Shown: positions 38,702 to 49,226 of the stretch, in pieces
Numbering within the stretch: position 1 is the stretch's first letter
Layout of the letters: the number at the start of each line of letters is the position of its first letter
Origin: a virus
Reading direction: 5' to 3' (one strand)
Virus record (IMG/VR): IMGVR_UViG_3300044959_000303
Span: 1 to 64,000 of that record
Length of the DNA stretch: 64,000 nt
Notes under the pieces: generated by a model
The model's database searches: none
What the model was told of the DNA's origin: nothing
The model's input: only the letters and a program-made list of their open reading frames with translations
Made by a program: the position numbers and the translations under genes

Positions 38702-40870
38702 TCAAGCAAAATCTCTCTGTGGAAAAATATATTTTTTATCCAAAAGTCCCTGCATGTATTCTTCGTCTTCTTTTTTTGTTTCATCGATTTCTCCAAGCAA
38801 AAGATTTACATCTATGAATGGATTTCTTCTGCAGGAAAGAGTCTGGGTGAAATTTCCACCGGAAAAAGAATGTTTGACTTGAACAACAGCATATACTCCA
38901 TTGAAAACATTTTTGGATTTGAGAACGACATTTCCATTTTCATCGATTTCCGAGGGTACCTTGAATGTAATCAGCAAATTTTCAATTCCTGTCGAATATA
39001 TGGCAAGACTTTTGTTTTCTTCGGGATTCGTGTTCAACCATTCTTCGAACCCATTTATTGGTGGAATATCTCTCGGTGTTCCCAACCAATAAGGATCACC
39101 TCGAATCGTCAAATTGATTTCGATAAGATTCTGACCATATATCTGTTCGAGAAGTGCAACGGAAAAGGATTTGCCTCTCGGATTGATTGTTTCCACGAGT
39201 CTTTCGTTTTCTGTTGGATCGAATCTTTTGCTTGTATCTACATTTATTGGAATATCGGCGTCGAGACTTTCGATGTTGGCAAGCGAAATGTCTTCTATCG
39301 ATATTTTTTTCACCTTTCGAACTCTTCCTTCTTCCTGTTTTTGAAAATTTTGCATATCGACATTTGTTCTTCTTTCGGTTCTTCTTTCGAAATCTGTTGT
39401 ATTCAAACCGAAAATACTTCGATTGTTGGGATCTTTCATCAAAGAATCCAATTCTCTTTCAACTCTTCTTCCCAATTCCACGTTTCCGAACAATTTTCCC
39501 AATTCGGAGTTTGTCATGATATTGTCTTTTTGTTCGATGACAGTTGTTGTTGCAAGATTTGTCGTCTGATTGCCAGCATAGAGAGGAAGAGCAGCTTTGT
39601 AGAGAGCATCGAAGCGAAGATCGAAATCCAGAATTTCCGTATTCAATCCGGTGAAAATATAGTTGTATCTTTTTCTCAATCTTCCAGATTCGAGAACTTC
39701 CAGAAGATTTTCTATCATTTTGTCTTTCTGTTTCTTTATTACAGGTTCGAGTTGTTTCGTGGTTCCAATACCAAACTGATTGGTTTGTGGAACAACAATA
39801 TATTCGATTTCCCGATTGTAATCTCCTCTTTCGATATCATATGGATTGTCTTCTCTTATCGATACTTTTGTTTCCAACCAGAAATATGCAGTATCGAATT
39901 TGTTGTCCGAAGCCGTCGAACTGGAAGAAGAATTTCTCAGAAGAATTTTCTGTCCTTCTTCTGTATTGACAAACAATTCTTTCAAAAGAGTTTCCAATGT
40001 TTCTCCCTTGGGAACCGTTATGTTTTTCACCACTGTTTCTGTCGGTTCCTCTTTTCTTATCTGATCTTTGTAAGGATCACTCGTGATTTTCCATTTTCTT
40101 GGATTCAAATTTTCATTTCCTATTATATCACCGAATTTTTCGGGAAAACTCAAAACTTTTATACGATAGAGATTTCTTGGTTTGCCGTTTTGAATTTCCT
40201 GTTTTTCCAATTCTTTCACAAATTGATCCAGAATTTCTCCAATCGTACTTCCTTTCAAGGTGACACTATTGGACAAAGATTGATAATTGTCTGCAAAAGC
40301 CAATTCATTGTATGTAACTGCTGTTATTTCGTAAACAGAACCGCCTGCATCGAGTTTTACCTTGATATCTTGCAAAACCAGACGAAAAATCCAACGTGTA
40401 TGTGTCATGTTGTTTTCGATGATTCTCGAAGGATTTCCATTTTCATCATATCCTTTGAATTCTATTACCAGAAAATAAGGAATACGTATCCAGTTTCTCA
40501 ATCCCAGTTCTTTTGCTGCCAAAATAATTCTGTCGATAAGGGACAAACCTCCTTGTTCTTTTATGGTAAAACTGAAATTTGTCGCGGTACTGAAACCTGT
40601 AACCGGATTCGGAGAAACGAGACCGGTAATTTCCAGATTGTCGAGATTGAAAGCTGTTGTCGCTGTTTCGGCAATTGTAAAAATATTGGCATCATTACGA
40701 AGAAAAGCTTTGTAACCTTCTCGCAGATAATTTGCCTGAGTTGTCATGTCAGTCATGAAAAATTTTATGTAATAATTGTAATTGTTCATCATTGACAGAA
40801 CATTTTCCTGCCAGTTCGTTCTGCCTCTGAGTTTCGAAATTCTTCTCAGCTTGCTCTTTTCGTTGATCAT
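38702..40870 (-). CDS. Baseplate hub protein (gp27-like by position)
   Basis: YNYIFTGLNTEILDFD, LTIRGDPYWLG, GVY.VVQVKHSFSGGNFTQTL. Confidence 0.65.
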   Translation of the reverse strand: MINEKSKLRRISKLRGRTNWQENVLSMMNNYNYYIKFFMTDMTTQANYLREGYKAFLRNDANIFTIAETATTAFNLDNLEITGLVSPNPVTGFSTATNFSFTIKEQGGLSLIDRIILAAKELGLRNWIRIPYFLVIEFKGYDENGNPSRIIENNMTHTRWIFRLVLQDIKVKLDAGGSVYEITAVTYNELAFADNYQSLSNSVTLKGSTIGEILDQFVKELEKQEIQNGKPRNLYRIKVLSFPEKFGDIIGNENLNPRKWKITSDPYKDQIRKEEPTETVVKNITVPKGETLETLLKELFVNTEEGQKILLRNSSSSSTASDNKFDTAYFWLETKVSIREDNPYDIERGDYNREIEYIVVPQTNQFGIGTTKQLEPVIKKQKDKMIENLLEVLESGRLRKRYNYIFTGLNTEILDFDLRFDALYKAALPLYAGNQTTNLATTTVIEQKDNIMTNSELGKLFGNVELGRRVERELDSLMKDPNNRSIFGLNTTDFERRTERRTNVDMQNFQKQEEGRVRKVKKISIEDISLANIESLDADIPINVDTSKRFDPTENERLVETINPRGKSFSVALLEQIYGQNLIEINLTIRGDPYWLGTPRDIPPINGFEEWLNTNPEENKSLAIYSTGIENLLITFKVPSEIDENGNVVLKSKNVFNGVYAVVQVKHSFSGGNFTQTLSCRRNPFIDVNLLLGEIDETKKEDEEYMQGLLDKKYIFPQRDFA

Positions 40871-40881
40871 AATTTTTCTTT

Positions 40882-41175
40882 TCAGATATTGGATAATGAA
40901 TTTTTGCTTGGAACAATAATTTCCGTTCCTGCGGTAAAATCGAAAATTGGATCTATCAGTATATCCTTGTTTCTCAATGCAAAAACATACCAGAGTTTTT
41001 CATTTCCGTAGAAATTGTACGCTGCCAGATCCGGTCGATGATGATATTTTCCTGTTATCGTCCAGACTTTGTCATCTGTAGAACTTGGAATCTCTTTTGG
41101 AACCCATATATCCAGATAAAATGTTCGAATTGGAGTTTCCGAATATATACTCGAATTGTCGTATCTTTTCGTCAT
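40882..41175 (-). CDS. Baseplate wedge subunit (gp53/LysM-like)
   Basis: RPDLAAYNFYGNEKLWYVFALRN...DPIFDF.AG..I.VP. Confidence 0.8.
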   Translation of the reverse strand: MTKRYDNSSIYSETPIRTFYLDIWVPKEIPSSTDDKVWTITGKYHHRPDLAAYNFYGNEKLWYVFALRNKDILIDPIFDFTAGTEIIVPSKNSLSNI

Positions 41176-41229
41176 GAATTGATTCCTTTCTCGTAAATTG
41201 TTTTTTCGTAATGAATTTTCATATAACTT

Positions 41230-41970
41230 TTATGTGAAACCTTTCTTGGAACCGAGCAGTCTTCCTTCTATGAAATCCTGAAGATCGAATTCTCTTTTAA
41301 GTTTGACAAGCGACTGTTGAACGACAATATTTACCGAAATATCTGTGACAGAAGGAACATAGGCGACACCCTGTTTCGAATTCGTAATTATTTCTGGTAA
41401 ATTTGTCGAACTGATTTCTTTGCTAGGAGCGTTGGCAATTACTTCGACTGGAACTTTGACATAATCGACATCCGAAGGAAAATTCATGTTCCAGCTTTTT
41501 ATGATAACTGGAAGAGAATTGAACATGAAATCACCGTATGCATCGAAAAGTATGGTCGGTGGAGGTAATCCTCGAATTTCTTCCGGAGTTCTTTCACCAA
41601 ACTGAATTTTCGAATAACTTCGAAAGAAATGAAATACGGCATAGAGATAAGCGGCTTCGAATTTTGTTTGTGCCGTGAAAGTTCCGCTTATCGTAAGAGT
41701 CGGGCTGTTGTTTCCACCAAAATAATACCAGTCCTGTATCGAATGCGTCAAATTTTGATTTGCCCATATTCCGTCATGAGAAAAACTCAATGTTGGTGTA
41801 TAAGGAAATATTATACCGTTTGTAATATGCAATATCCACATGGGAGAACTGAAAGCTGCTCCTTTTTTTCCATACAAACGTTCTTCCTGTCCCGGTCTTG
41901 CCCTGAGACGAACTCTTTTGTCTACTTCTATATTGTTTTCACTTGAAAAATTTGCCGAATTTGTTGTCAT
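41230..41970 (-). CDS. Baseplate/tail-tube initiator-like protein
   Basis: GIIFPYTP, GLPPP.ILFDAYG.FMF..LPV, VDY; baseplate operon position. Confidence 0.6.
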   Translation of the reverse strand: MTTNSANFSSENNIEVDKRVRLRARPGQEERLYGKKGAAFSSPMWILHITNGIIFPYTPTLSFSHDGIWANQNLTHSIQDWYYFGGNNSPTLTISGTFTAQTKFEAAYLYAVFHFFRSYSKIQFGERTPEEIRGLPPPTILFDAYGDFMFNSLPVIIKSWNMNFPSDVDYVKVPVEVIANAPSKEISSTNLPEIITNSKQGVAYVPSVTDISVNIVVQQSLVKLKREFDLQDFIEGRLLGSKKGFT

Positions 41971-42597
41971 TTATTTTTTATTTTTTATTTTTTCTATTCT
42001 GCTCTTCATGAAATTATATATTTCTTTGTCGAAATGTCCGTATATTTTTTTCAATTCCTCGATTTTTTCCTTGTCACTTTTATTCGAATCGAAAAAAATT
42101 TCTCGAATTTTTGTCGAACTGATATTTTCGGAAAGAACCGGCAATATGATGTAATAAGTTTTTTCGGTATATGGTTCGGCTATTTTCCTGAATCTTTCGA
42201 CAGGCATTGGATTTCCGGTAAAATCTATCGGATAAGGTTCGAAGTTCTTGACATTTGCATAACGAACTGCATCTTTTGCAGATGTTACGGTAACATGAGC
42301 CGTTTTTTCCGAATCGTATTTCGATAATATTTCTTCTGGACGAAAAATGGGATTTTTCGAAAAAACGATTCTGTTCGAAGGAACATCGAACAATTTTGTC
42401 CATAAAAATTTCTTTTCTTCGAAATTGAATGGACTTGGTGTAGTTTTGTTTTTCAAGTCCACCTTGTCACTTGTAGAAATATAGACATTGTTTTCACCAA
42501 AAAATTGAACCAATTTTCTGTAAAGATTATAATGTCCGGGGTGTGGTGGTTGAAATCTTCCACCATAAACAACTATGACATTTTCTACTCTGGACAT
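41971..42597 (-). CDS. HxGH-family nucleotidyl(cytidylyl)transferase-like protein
   Basis: VVYGGRFQPPHPGH, SPFNFEEK, ISSTKIR. Confidence 0.8.
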   Translation of the reverse strand: MSRVENVIVVYGGRFQPPHPGHYNLYRKLVQFFGENNVYISTSDKVDLKNKTTPSPFNFEEKKFLWTKLFDVPSNRIVFSKNPIFRPEEILSKYDSEKTAHVTVTSAKDAVRYANVKNFEPYPIDFTGNPMPVERFRKIAEPYTEKTYYIILPVLSENISSTKIREIFFDSNKSDKEKIEELKKIYGHFDKEIYNFMKSRIEKIKNKK

Positions 42598-42685
42598 TTC
42601 AAAATTTTCCTTTTGTTTTTTTGCGAAATATTGATTTCAAATTAATCATTTATTATTATTTATTCGAAAACAACGGAGATTTTTC

Positions 42686-43132
42686 ATGAAAAAAATCGAT
42701 ATAATTGTAGAAAAACTCGAAAATGCAAAAGATATATATTTACCGGAATATCAAACTGAAGGTGCTTCGGGAGCAGATGTGAGAGCTGCAGAAGACACGA
42801 TATTGGAACCAAATGAAGTCAAAGCGATTTCAACCGGTCTTCGTCTGGAAATTCCATATGGTTATGAAATTCAGGTAAGACCAAGAAGTGGTCTGGCTTT
42901 GAAACACAAGGTTACGGTTTTGAATGCTCCCGGTACGATCGACAGTGATTATCGTGGAGAATTGAAAATACTTCTTGTCAATTTCGGAAAAGAAAACTTT
43001 TTCATCAAACGTGGCGAGAGAATTGCTCAACTGGTCGTATCTCCAGTAACAAAAGCAAATTTTATCGAAGGAAAAGTAAATTTCGATACAAAAAGAAATT
43101 CCGGTGGATTTGGTTCTACAGGAACTTCATGA
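42686..43132 (+). CDS. dut: Trimeric dUTPase
   Basis: ASGADV, QVRPRSGLA, APGTIDSDYRGE, GERIAQL, RNSGGFGSTG. Confidence 0.95.
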   Translation: MKKIDIIVEKLENAKDIYLPEYQTEGASGADVRAAEDTILEPNEVKAISTGLRLEIPYGYEIQVRPRSGLALKHKVTVLNAPGTIDSDYRGELKILLVNFGKENFFIKRGERIAQLVVSPVTKANFIEGKVNFDTKRNSGGFGSTGTS

Positions 43133-43194
43133 ATTTTTTTTTTCGATTATCGAAAAATTTTTTTTTTCAAAATAACGACAAAAAAGGTCGGAAA

Positions 43195-43965
43195 ATGGAT
43201 AGAAAAAATGACAATTTTCGAAACAGGAGAAAAAGAAAAACAAGAAATTATCTCAACAACAACGATCTGCTCGAAGAAATTTCCAAAAGCAAATACACTT
43301 TTTGTTCCGTGAAAAATGACAATGAAAATTACAAAAAATATGATATTGTTCTCGAAAAAAAGGAACAACTTTGTTCGGCAATTTTTTTCGAGGTTCTGGA
43401 AGAAAAAGAAAAACTTCATGGAAAAAAATTTCAAAGAAGTTCCATAGTCATAAGAGTCATGACCGATGAACATATTCCCGAAGAATATTCTTTCGAACAT
43501 CGAGGAAGAAAAAACAAAGAAAAAAAATTGAATTTCGATCCATTCAAACATTACATCCTGAATGATGAAGGAGAAATAGAAGAAGTATTGAGATCACATT
43601 GGAAGGGTACAATAGAAGATGGTGAATTCAGTATGACACATGGATACATTACGGAAAATCTCGGAAAAATGATAATTCTTCTCGTGGACAGATTTGCACA
43701 GAAATCCTCTTTTCGAGGATATTCTTGGGTAGAAGACATAAAAGGAAAAGCAACATTGCATCTTCTGGAATCTGTTTTGAAATTTCGGGAAGTGAAATCG
43801 GAAAATCCCTTTGCCTATTTTACTACAATAATAACAAATTCGTTTCGTCATACATTGAATCAGGAACATAGAAACATAGAAATCAAGACAAAGTTGTCAC
43901 AACAACAGAACCCGGCATTTCAAACATACGAACAACAAGCCAAGCAAGATGTCAGTGGAAATTGA
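43195..43965 (+). CDS. Late-transcription sigma factor (T4 gp55-like)
   Basis: NYLNNNDLLEEI, FRGYSW.ED, SENPFAYFTTII; adjacent to gp47/gp46. Start moved from 43129 to the ATG at 43195. Confidence 0.75.
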   Translation: MDRKNDNFRNRRKRKTRNYLNNNDLLEEISKSKYTFCSVKNDNENYKKYDIVLEKKEQLCSAIFFEVLEEKEKLHGKKFQRSSIVIRVMTDEHIPEEYSFEHRGRKNKEKKLNFDPFKHYILNDEGEIEEVLRSHWKGTIEDGEFSMTHGYITENLGKMIILLVDRFAQKSSFRGYSWVEDIKGKATLHLLESVLKFREVKSENPFAYFTTIITNSFRHTLNQEHRNIEIKTKLSQQQNPAFQTYEQQAKQDVSGN

Positions 43966-43968
43966 CAA

Positions 43969-45015
43969 ATGAAAAGATTATTCGATAGAGCAATTGTTTT
44001 CGGAGATATACACTTCGGTAACAAGAACAACAGTTCCATATTCAATGATGATTGTGAAGAATATATCGATTGGCTTCTGAAAGTAAAAGACAAGGTAAAA
44101 GCAGACACGTGCATATTTTTGGGAGATTGGTTTCACAACAGAAGATTCGTAAACGTACAGACGCTCGATTACAGTATGAGAAATCTCGAAAAATTGAATT
44201 CCGCTTTCGATCAGATTTTCATGTTGATGGGAAATCACGATCTGTATTACAAGGAAAGAAGAGATATAAGTTCTCTCAATCTTGCAAAAAATTATTCGAA
44301 TGTTGTATTGTTCGACGAAATTCGGGAAATTGGTGATTGTCTTTTTGTTCCTTGGCTGATAAACGACGAATGGAAGAAAATCAAGGAATATTCCAAAAAA
44401 TATGTTTTCGGACATTTCGAGATTCCAAGATTTCTGATGAATTCCTATGTCGAAATGCCAGATAAGAATGAACTCAACGAAGAGCATTTTTCCCGAAACG
44501 AATTCGTTTTTTCCGGACATTTTCACAAAAGGCAAAGAAGAGGAAACATTCTATACATCGGAAATTGTTTTCCGCACAATTATTCGGACATGGATGATAC
44601 GGAAAGAGGATTGGTAATTCTGGAGTGGAACAAGGAACCAAAATTCGTAAATTGGAAAAACATGCCATTTTATACCAAAATCAATCTGTCGGAAGCATTG
44701 AACAAAGAATTCGCAAATATTGTCAGAAAAAAGACTTATATGAAACTTCTGATAGATATCGATCTGTCTTTCGAAGAATCTCTGTATCTGAAAGAAAAAT
44801 TGATGGAAGATTACAAATGCAGAGAGGTTCAGTTGATACCAATGAATTTGAAAACAGATGAATTGAATTTCGAAAATTTCGAAGTGAAAACGGTAGATCA
44901 GGTTGTAATCGAAGGATTGAAAAATCTGAAAAACGTCGAATCGAATTACAATGTGGATTTTCTGATAGAAATATATGAAGAATTGAATATAGATGATGAA
45001 AGAAAAAATGTATAG
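43969..45015 (+). CDS. Recombination nuclease subunit (gp47/Mre11/SbcD-like)
   Basis: GDIHFG, FLGDWFH, GNHD, GHFE, SGHFH metallophosphoesterase motifs. Confidence 0.9.
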   Translation: MKRLFDRAIVFGDIHFGNKNNSSIFNDDCEEYIDWLLKVKDKVKADTCIFLGDWFHNRRFVNVQTLDYSMRNLEKLNSAFDQIFMLMGNHDLYYKERRDISSLNLAKNYSNVVLFDEIREIGDCLFVPWLINDEWKKIKEYSKKYVFGHFEIPRFLMNSYVEMPDKNELNEEHFSRNEFVFSGHFHKRQRRGNILYIGNCFPHNYSDMDDTERGLVILEWNKEPKFVNWKNMPFYTKINLSEALNKEFANIVRKKTYMKLLIDIDLSFEESLYLKEKLMEDYKCREVQLIPMNLKTDELNFENFEVKTVDQVVIEGLKNLKNVESNYNVDFLIEIYEELNIDDERKNV

Positions 45016-45060
45016 AATTCATCGAAGAACATATTCGAAAAAAATATGGATGAATAAATT

Positions 45061-46869
45061 ATGATAAAATTCAAGAAAATGACTCTGAAAAATTTTCTGA
45101 GTATAGGTAACAGAGAACAGGTCGTTTTTCTGGATAACAATTCCTTGACCTTGATTTTGGGAGAAAATGCCGATATTGGTTCGGGTATTGGATCAGGTGC
45201 TAGAAACGGAGTTGGAAAATCTGCAATAATTCAAGCATTGTGTTATGCAATATACGGAATTCCACTTACTCAGATAAAAAGAGACAATCTGATAAACAAG
45301 ATCAACAGAAAAAATATGGTGGTAACATTGGAATTCGAAAAAAATGGAGTCGAATATTTCATAGAAAGAGGAAGAAAACCGAACTTTCTGAATTTCTATA
45401 TCGACAAAAGAAAAATAAACAATGTACCTGAAACCGAAGATGATGAAAATTTCAATTCGAATTCTTCGGAAGAAACCGAAGGTGATTTTCGCTGGACTCA
45501 AAAAGAAATTCAGAAAGTTATCGGTATAAGTATCAATCTGTTTCGTCATTTGATTGCTCTCAATACTTTCACCACGCCTTTTCTATCCATGCCGGTATCT
45601 CAACAAAGACAGATTGTGGAAGAACTGTTCGGAATTACCCGATTGTCGGAAAAAGCAGAACTTCTGAAATTGAAAATCAAGGAAACAAAAGATCGAATAA
45701 GAGAAGAGGAAATAAAAATCGAGTCGATAAAGACAAGTAACGAAAGAATTCGAAAATCGATAATGGAATTGGAAAACAGATCGAGAATCTGGCAGAAAAA
45801 TCTGAGTGAAACGTTGAAAAATCTCGAAAAAGAAATTTCTCTGATGGAAAATTTGAATATAGAAGAAGAAATACGAATTCACGAAGAAAAGCAGAAGTAT
45901 TTGAAAAATCGGGAATTGTTGGAAAAAACAAAAAGCAATTTGAATCATGTCGAAAAAAATATTCTCGAAAATGAAAAAAGATTGAAAAAATCGGAAAATT
46001 ACAGAAACAGAATTTGTGAAGAAAAATGTCCCATGTGTGGTCAGAAACTTCACAACAAGGATACCTTGCTCGAAAATCTGGATAGGGAAATTTTCGAACT
46101 GAAGAAAAATCTCGAAGAAAATTACAGCAAAAAAAGAAAATATGAAAAAGAAATCGAGCAATTGTTCATGGATGAAAATATTCTCAATGAAAAAACATTC
46201 TACAAGGAAATTTCCGATGCATACAATCACAGAATAATATTGCAGAAATTGAAAGAAAGTATGAAAGAAAAAATGAATCAGAAAAATCCTTACGAAGAAC
46301 AGATAAAAAGTCTCGAAGAAACAGGAATACAGGAAATCGATTTCACGACTTTGAACAATTTGACATATCGAAAAAATCATCAGGAACTTCTGTTGAAACT
46401 TCTGATGAACAAAGATTCTTTCATAAGAAAGAAAATAATGGATCAAAGCCTGAATTATCTGAATTCGAGATTGAAATATTACACAGAATCACTTCAACTT
46501 CCGCATCAGGTCAAATTTCTCAATGATTTGAGTGTGGAAATCAACGAGCTTGGAGTAGACTTCGATTTCGACAATTTGAGTCGTGGTGAAAAAACCCGTT
46601 TGATACTTGCTTTGAGTTGGGCATTTCGTGATGTTTACGAAAGTATGAATGACAATATCAACATCATGTTTATCGACGAATTGATAGACAATGGTCTCGA
46701 TCAGTTGGGAGTCGAGTCTGCTGTTCTTCAACTCAAGAAAATATCGACAGAAAACAGAAAAAATATTTTTCTGATTTCGCATCGTGAAGATCTGACAAAT
46801 CAGGTCGAAAACATATTGTATGTGATCAAGGAAAATGGATTTACGAATATCTTGACGGAAGAAACATGA
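45061..46869 (+). CDS. Recombination ATPase subunit (gp46/Rad50/SbcC-like)
   Basis: Walker A RNGVGKS, zinc hook CPMCGQ, LSRGE signature, FIDE Walker B, ISH. Confidence 0.92.
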   Translation: MIKFKKMTLKNFLSIGNREQVVFLDNNSLTLILGENADIGSGIGSGARNGVGKSAIIQALCYAIYGIPLTQIKRDNLINKINRKNMVVTLEFEKNGVEYFIERGRKPNFLNFYIDKRKINNVPETEDDENFNSNSSEETEGDFRWTQKEIQKVIGISINLFRHLIALNTFTTPFLSMPVSQQRQIVEELFGITRLSEKAELLKLKIKETKDRIREEEIKIESIKTSNERIRKSIMELENRSRIWQKNLSETLKNLEKEISLMENLNIEEEIRIHEEKQKYLKNRELLEKTKSNLNHVEKNILENEKRLKKSENYRNRICEEKCPMCGQKLHNKDTLLENLDREIFELKKNLEENYSKKRKYEKEIEQLFMDENILNEKTFYKEISDAYNHRIILQKLKESMKEKMNQKNPYEEQIKSLEETGIQEIDFTTLNNLTYRKNHQELLLKLLMNKDSFIRKKIMDQSLNYLNSRLKYYTESLQLPHQVKFLNDLSVEINELGVDFDFDNLSRGEKTRLILALSWAFRDVYESMNDNINIMFIDELIDNGLDQLGVESAVLQLKKISTENRKNIFLISHREDLTNQVENILYVIKENGFTNILTEET

Positions 46870-46930
46870 GTAGAGAAAATTTCAATCGAAAATCGAAAGG
46901 TAAAAAATACAGAAAAAGGAAAAACATGAA

Positions 46931-47224
46931 ATGACAGACATAACATTTCTGGAAATACAAAGAAACGAACCTTTTCACAAAATTTACAATTACAAGATTT
47001 ATACGAATGTAAAAGTATATTGGACTCCAGAATACGAAAACTGGCATAGCGAAGAAGACAGAAAATGGATGAAAAAAATCGAGTGTCATCTCAAGGCCAA
47101 ATTTGGAAACAATATCAAATTTCAAGGTGCAGTAATTTACTGTAAAGATCTTGACGAAGCTTTTCTCGCAAGACTTCTGTGTGGCGAAAAAATTGTCAAA
47201 GTGGAAAAGGCAATCATGATATAG
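46931..47224 (+). CDS. Hypothetical protein (97 aa)
   Basis: ORF downstream of gp46 with an upstream AAGGA. Confidence 0.5.
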   Translation: MTDITFLEIQRNEPFHKIYNYKIYTNVKVYWTPEYENWHSEEDRKWMKKIECHLKAKFGNNIKFQGAVIYCKDLDEAFLARLLCGEKIVKVEKAIMI

Positions 47225-47738
47225 ATGAAAGTTTCTGTTCTATGATTTTTCTGTGTGTTTCGAGAAAAGAAGAGAGAGAAACAATGATGTATTTTTCCTG
47301 ATTGTATTTGTAAATCATGTAATTTCCAGAAAAAATTTCGAAAGAAAAAAATTTTTCCGGAACTATCGAAAACCAACCCCGATTTGTTATCTTGAAACAT
47401 ATGAACCAGACATTTTTTTCATGTACGATATCGAGACATTGTCGAATCCATGAATCGATCGTGGAATTGTTGCCATTGAAAATTTTGAGAAAATTGATGT
47501 TTTTGTAATTTTTGCATTCTATGAGAAGATTTTCGAATTTATCGGGAGGAATGATATCTCCCTTGAGAACAACTTTCTGTGAATCGTCGATTTTCTTTTC
47601 TCTTTTGATGTTTTTTCCACCGAGAAAAGATCCGCTGTTCGGAACTCGAAGAAAAGGTTTTTCGAAAAAATTCGTCAAAAGAGAACAAAGTTCTCTTTCT
47701 CCTCTTTTTCCTTTTTCTTTACTTTTTCTTCCAGTCAT
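47214..47738 (-). CDS. Holliday junction resolvase-like PD-(D/E)XK nuclease
   Basis: SKEKGKRGERE, RVPNSG, GDII, IECK. Confidence 0.75.
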   Translation of the reverse strand: MTGRKSKEKGKRGERELCSLLTNFFEKPFLRVPNSGSFLGGKNIKREKKIDDSQKVVLKGDIIPPDKFENLLIECKNYKNINFLKIFNGNNSTIDSWIRQCLDIVHEKNVWFICFKITNRGWFSIVPEKFFSFEIFSGNYMIYKYNQEKYIIVSLSSFLETHRKIIEQKLSSIS

Positions 47739-47765
47739 TTTTCGATCTTCTGTCTTTTTTTTTTT

Positions 47766-47996
47766 TCATATGAGAGGCATTCCTGTTTTCTTTACCAATT
47801 CTATGTGTTCTTTTATGTGTTTTCTTATATTTTTCAATGTCGAGTATGATAAATTCAATGCTTCATTGTAAGAAATCGAACCTCTCATGAACCAGCATAT
47901 TTCTATAATCTGTTTTTCGATTTTATCAACTTCGTTTCTCATCGAATTGACAAGTTCGACAATGGTTTCGGAATTGGAATTCAGGATTTTGTGTCG
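47766..47996 (-). CDS. -1 frame extension of the upstream tail/baseplate assembly chaperone
   Basis: Open frame entered by a -1 shift at T TTT TTC (48002-47996); contains CWFMRGSISY.EA..LS. Confidence 0.6.
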   Translation of the reverse strand, partial: RHKILNSNSETIVELVNSMRNEVDKIEKQIIEICWFMRGSISYNEALNLSYSTLKNIRKHIKEHIELVKKTGMPLI

Positions 47997-49093
47997 AAAA
48001 AATTTGCGGGATCGTATTGCACCTCCACGTCGTATTTTTTGTCGCATTTGTTACATGTTGCTTCCCATTTCGTGGGAACACCAATTTGTAGAACATTTTC
48101 GAATTCTTTTTGCACCTTCCTGAATATCGATGTCGGACAATTCACGAGAAATTCATAAATGAAATCCTTGTCGAAAACTCTCTCTTTTTCCGGTGTAATT
48201 ATTTCCTTGATTCCTTGTGTCAGAAGATATATGTTCATATCGGCAATTTTTGTCACTGTTTCCTGTATGATTTTCTTTTTTTCTTCATCATTCATTTTTT
48301 CATTGTTCAATACCTGTAGAACTTTGGCTTCTTCGAACATGAGAAGTTCGAAATAAACCATATTTTCATAAGTGATGGGTTCGAATATCAATGTCAGAGA
48401 ATCGATTTGTGCACAAGGTATGTCTTCGAAAAATGTCATATTGCTCAAAATTATGTCCAGATCTATGACAAAATTGTTCATCGTTCCACAATGTGGACAT
48501 GTCGAGGTCATTTTCATTTGTGATCCATAGCTGCAATTTCTTATCGCTACAAGAATTGCATTTACATCGTTGATTACGATTTTTCTCAAATCTTTTATCG
48601 ACGGACAACAGCTTTTGAATACTTCTTCCAAAGCTTTTCCATTCAGTAATGCATCCGGATTTCTCAACCAGATTTCGTCTCTGGCAGTCAATGGAAAAAT
48701 CTGAACTTCTCCATTGATCGAAAAATCGACCATATCAGGCTCGTAGAAAATTCCCATTGTCGGAAGTTTTATGGAGATACCGGGTTTTCGAAAGTATTTT
48801 TGCAAAGGATTGGAATTTTTCTTTTCTTCGAAAGAATCGTTTCGAGGAAAAAATTTTGTCGGTGGCATTCGAAAATTTTCGATTTTCTTTTTCGGTTCTA
48901 TGAATGACAAATCTTCTGCGTGTGTATTTTCAGCATTTTCATCGAAATTTTCAGAATTTTCAATATCATCGAGAGAAATATCTTTTCTTTCGATTTGCCC
49001 GACTTTTTTATTCAATGAATTTTTTCCAATTCTTTCTGCCTGTTCTTGCAAAAATCTCTTCAGATTTTCCGCCGTTTCTCTTTCTCTGTCCAT
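47981..49093 (-). CDS. Baseplate hub assembly / tail assembly chaperone (gp26/gp51-like)
   Basis: NPLQKYFRKP...LPT.G..Y, PLTARDE....NPDALLNG, AIRNCSYG, CPHC and CNKC zinc motifs, ending ANFF. Confidence 0.75.
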   Translation of the reverse strand: MDRERETAENLKRFLQEQAERIGKNSLNKKVGQIERKDISLDDIENSENFDENAENTHAEDLSFIEPKKKIENFRMPPTKFFPRNDSFEEKKNSNPLQKYFRKPGISIKLPTMGIFYEPDMVDFSINGEVQIFPLTARDEIWLRNPDALLNGKALEEVFKSCCPSIKDLRKIVINDVNAILVAIRNCSYGSQMKMTSTCPHCGTMNNFVIDLDIILSNMTFFEDIPCAQIDSLTLIFEPITYENMVYFELLMFEEAKVLQVLNNEKMNDEEKKKIIQETVTKIADMNIYLLTQGIKEIITPEKERVFDKDFIYEFLVNCPTSIFRKVQKEFENVLQIGVPTKWEATCNKCDKKYDVEVQYDPANFFDTKS

Positions 49094-49226
49094 ATTTGCT
49101 CCTTTATGTGATTTTTCACGAATCGTAAAATGATGAAATCATTTTTCATAAAATGATATTATTATGTTTCGGCATTAAATATATATTGAATTATTTGAAA
49201 AAAATTTACAAAAAAGAAAAAAACCA

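Noticed and set aside
1655-40795. Long antisense ORFs such as 1655..3331 and 38870..40795
   Set aside because: Shadow frames of real genes, lengthened by the scarcity of TAA/TAG contexts caused by the YTAR bias.
43129-43194. ORF-track start of the sigma factor at 43129
   Set aside because: The F-rich leader derives from T-tracts; the ATG at 43195 with upstream AAGGT is more plausible.
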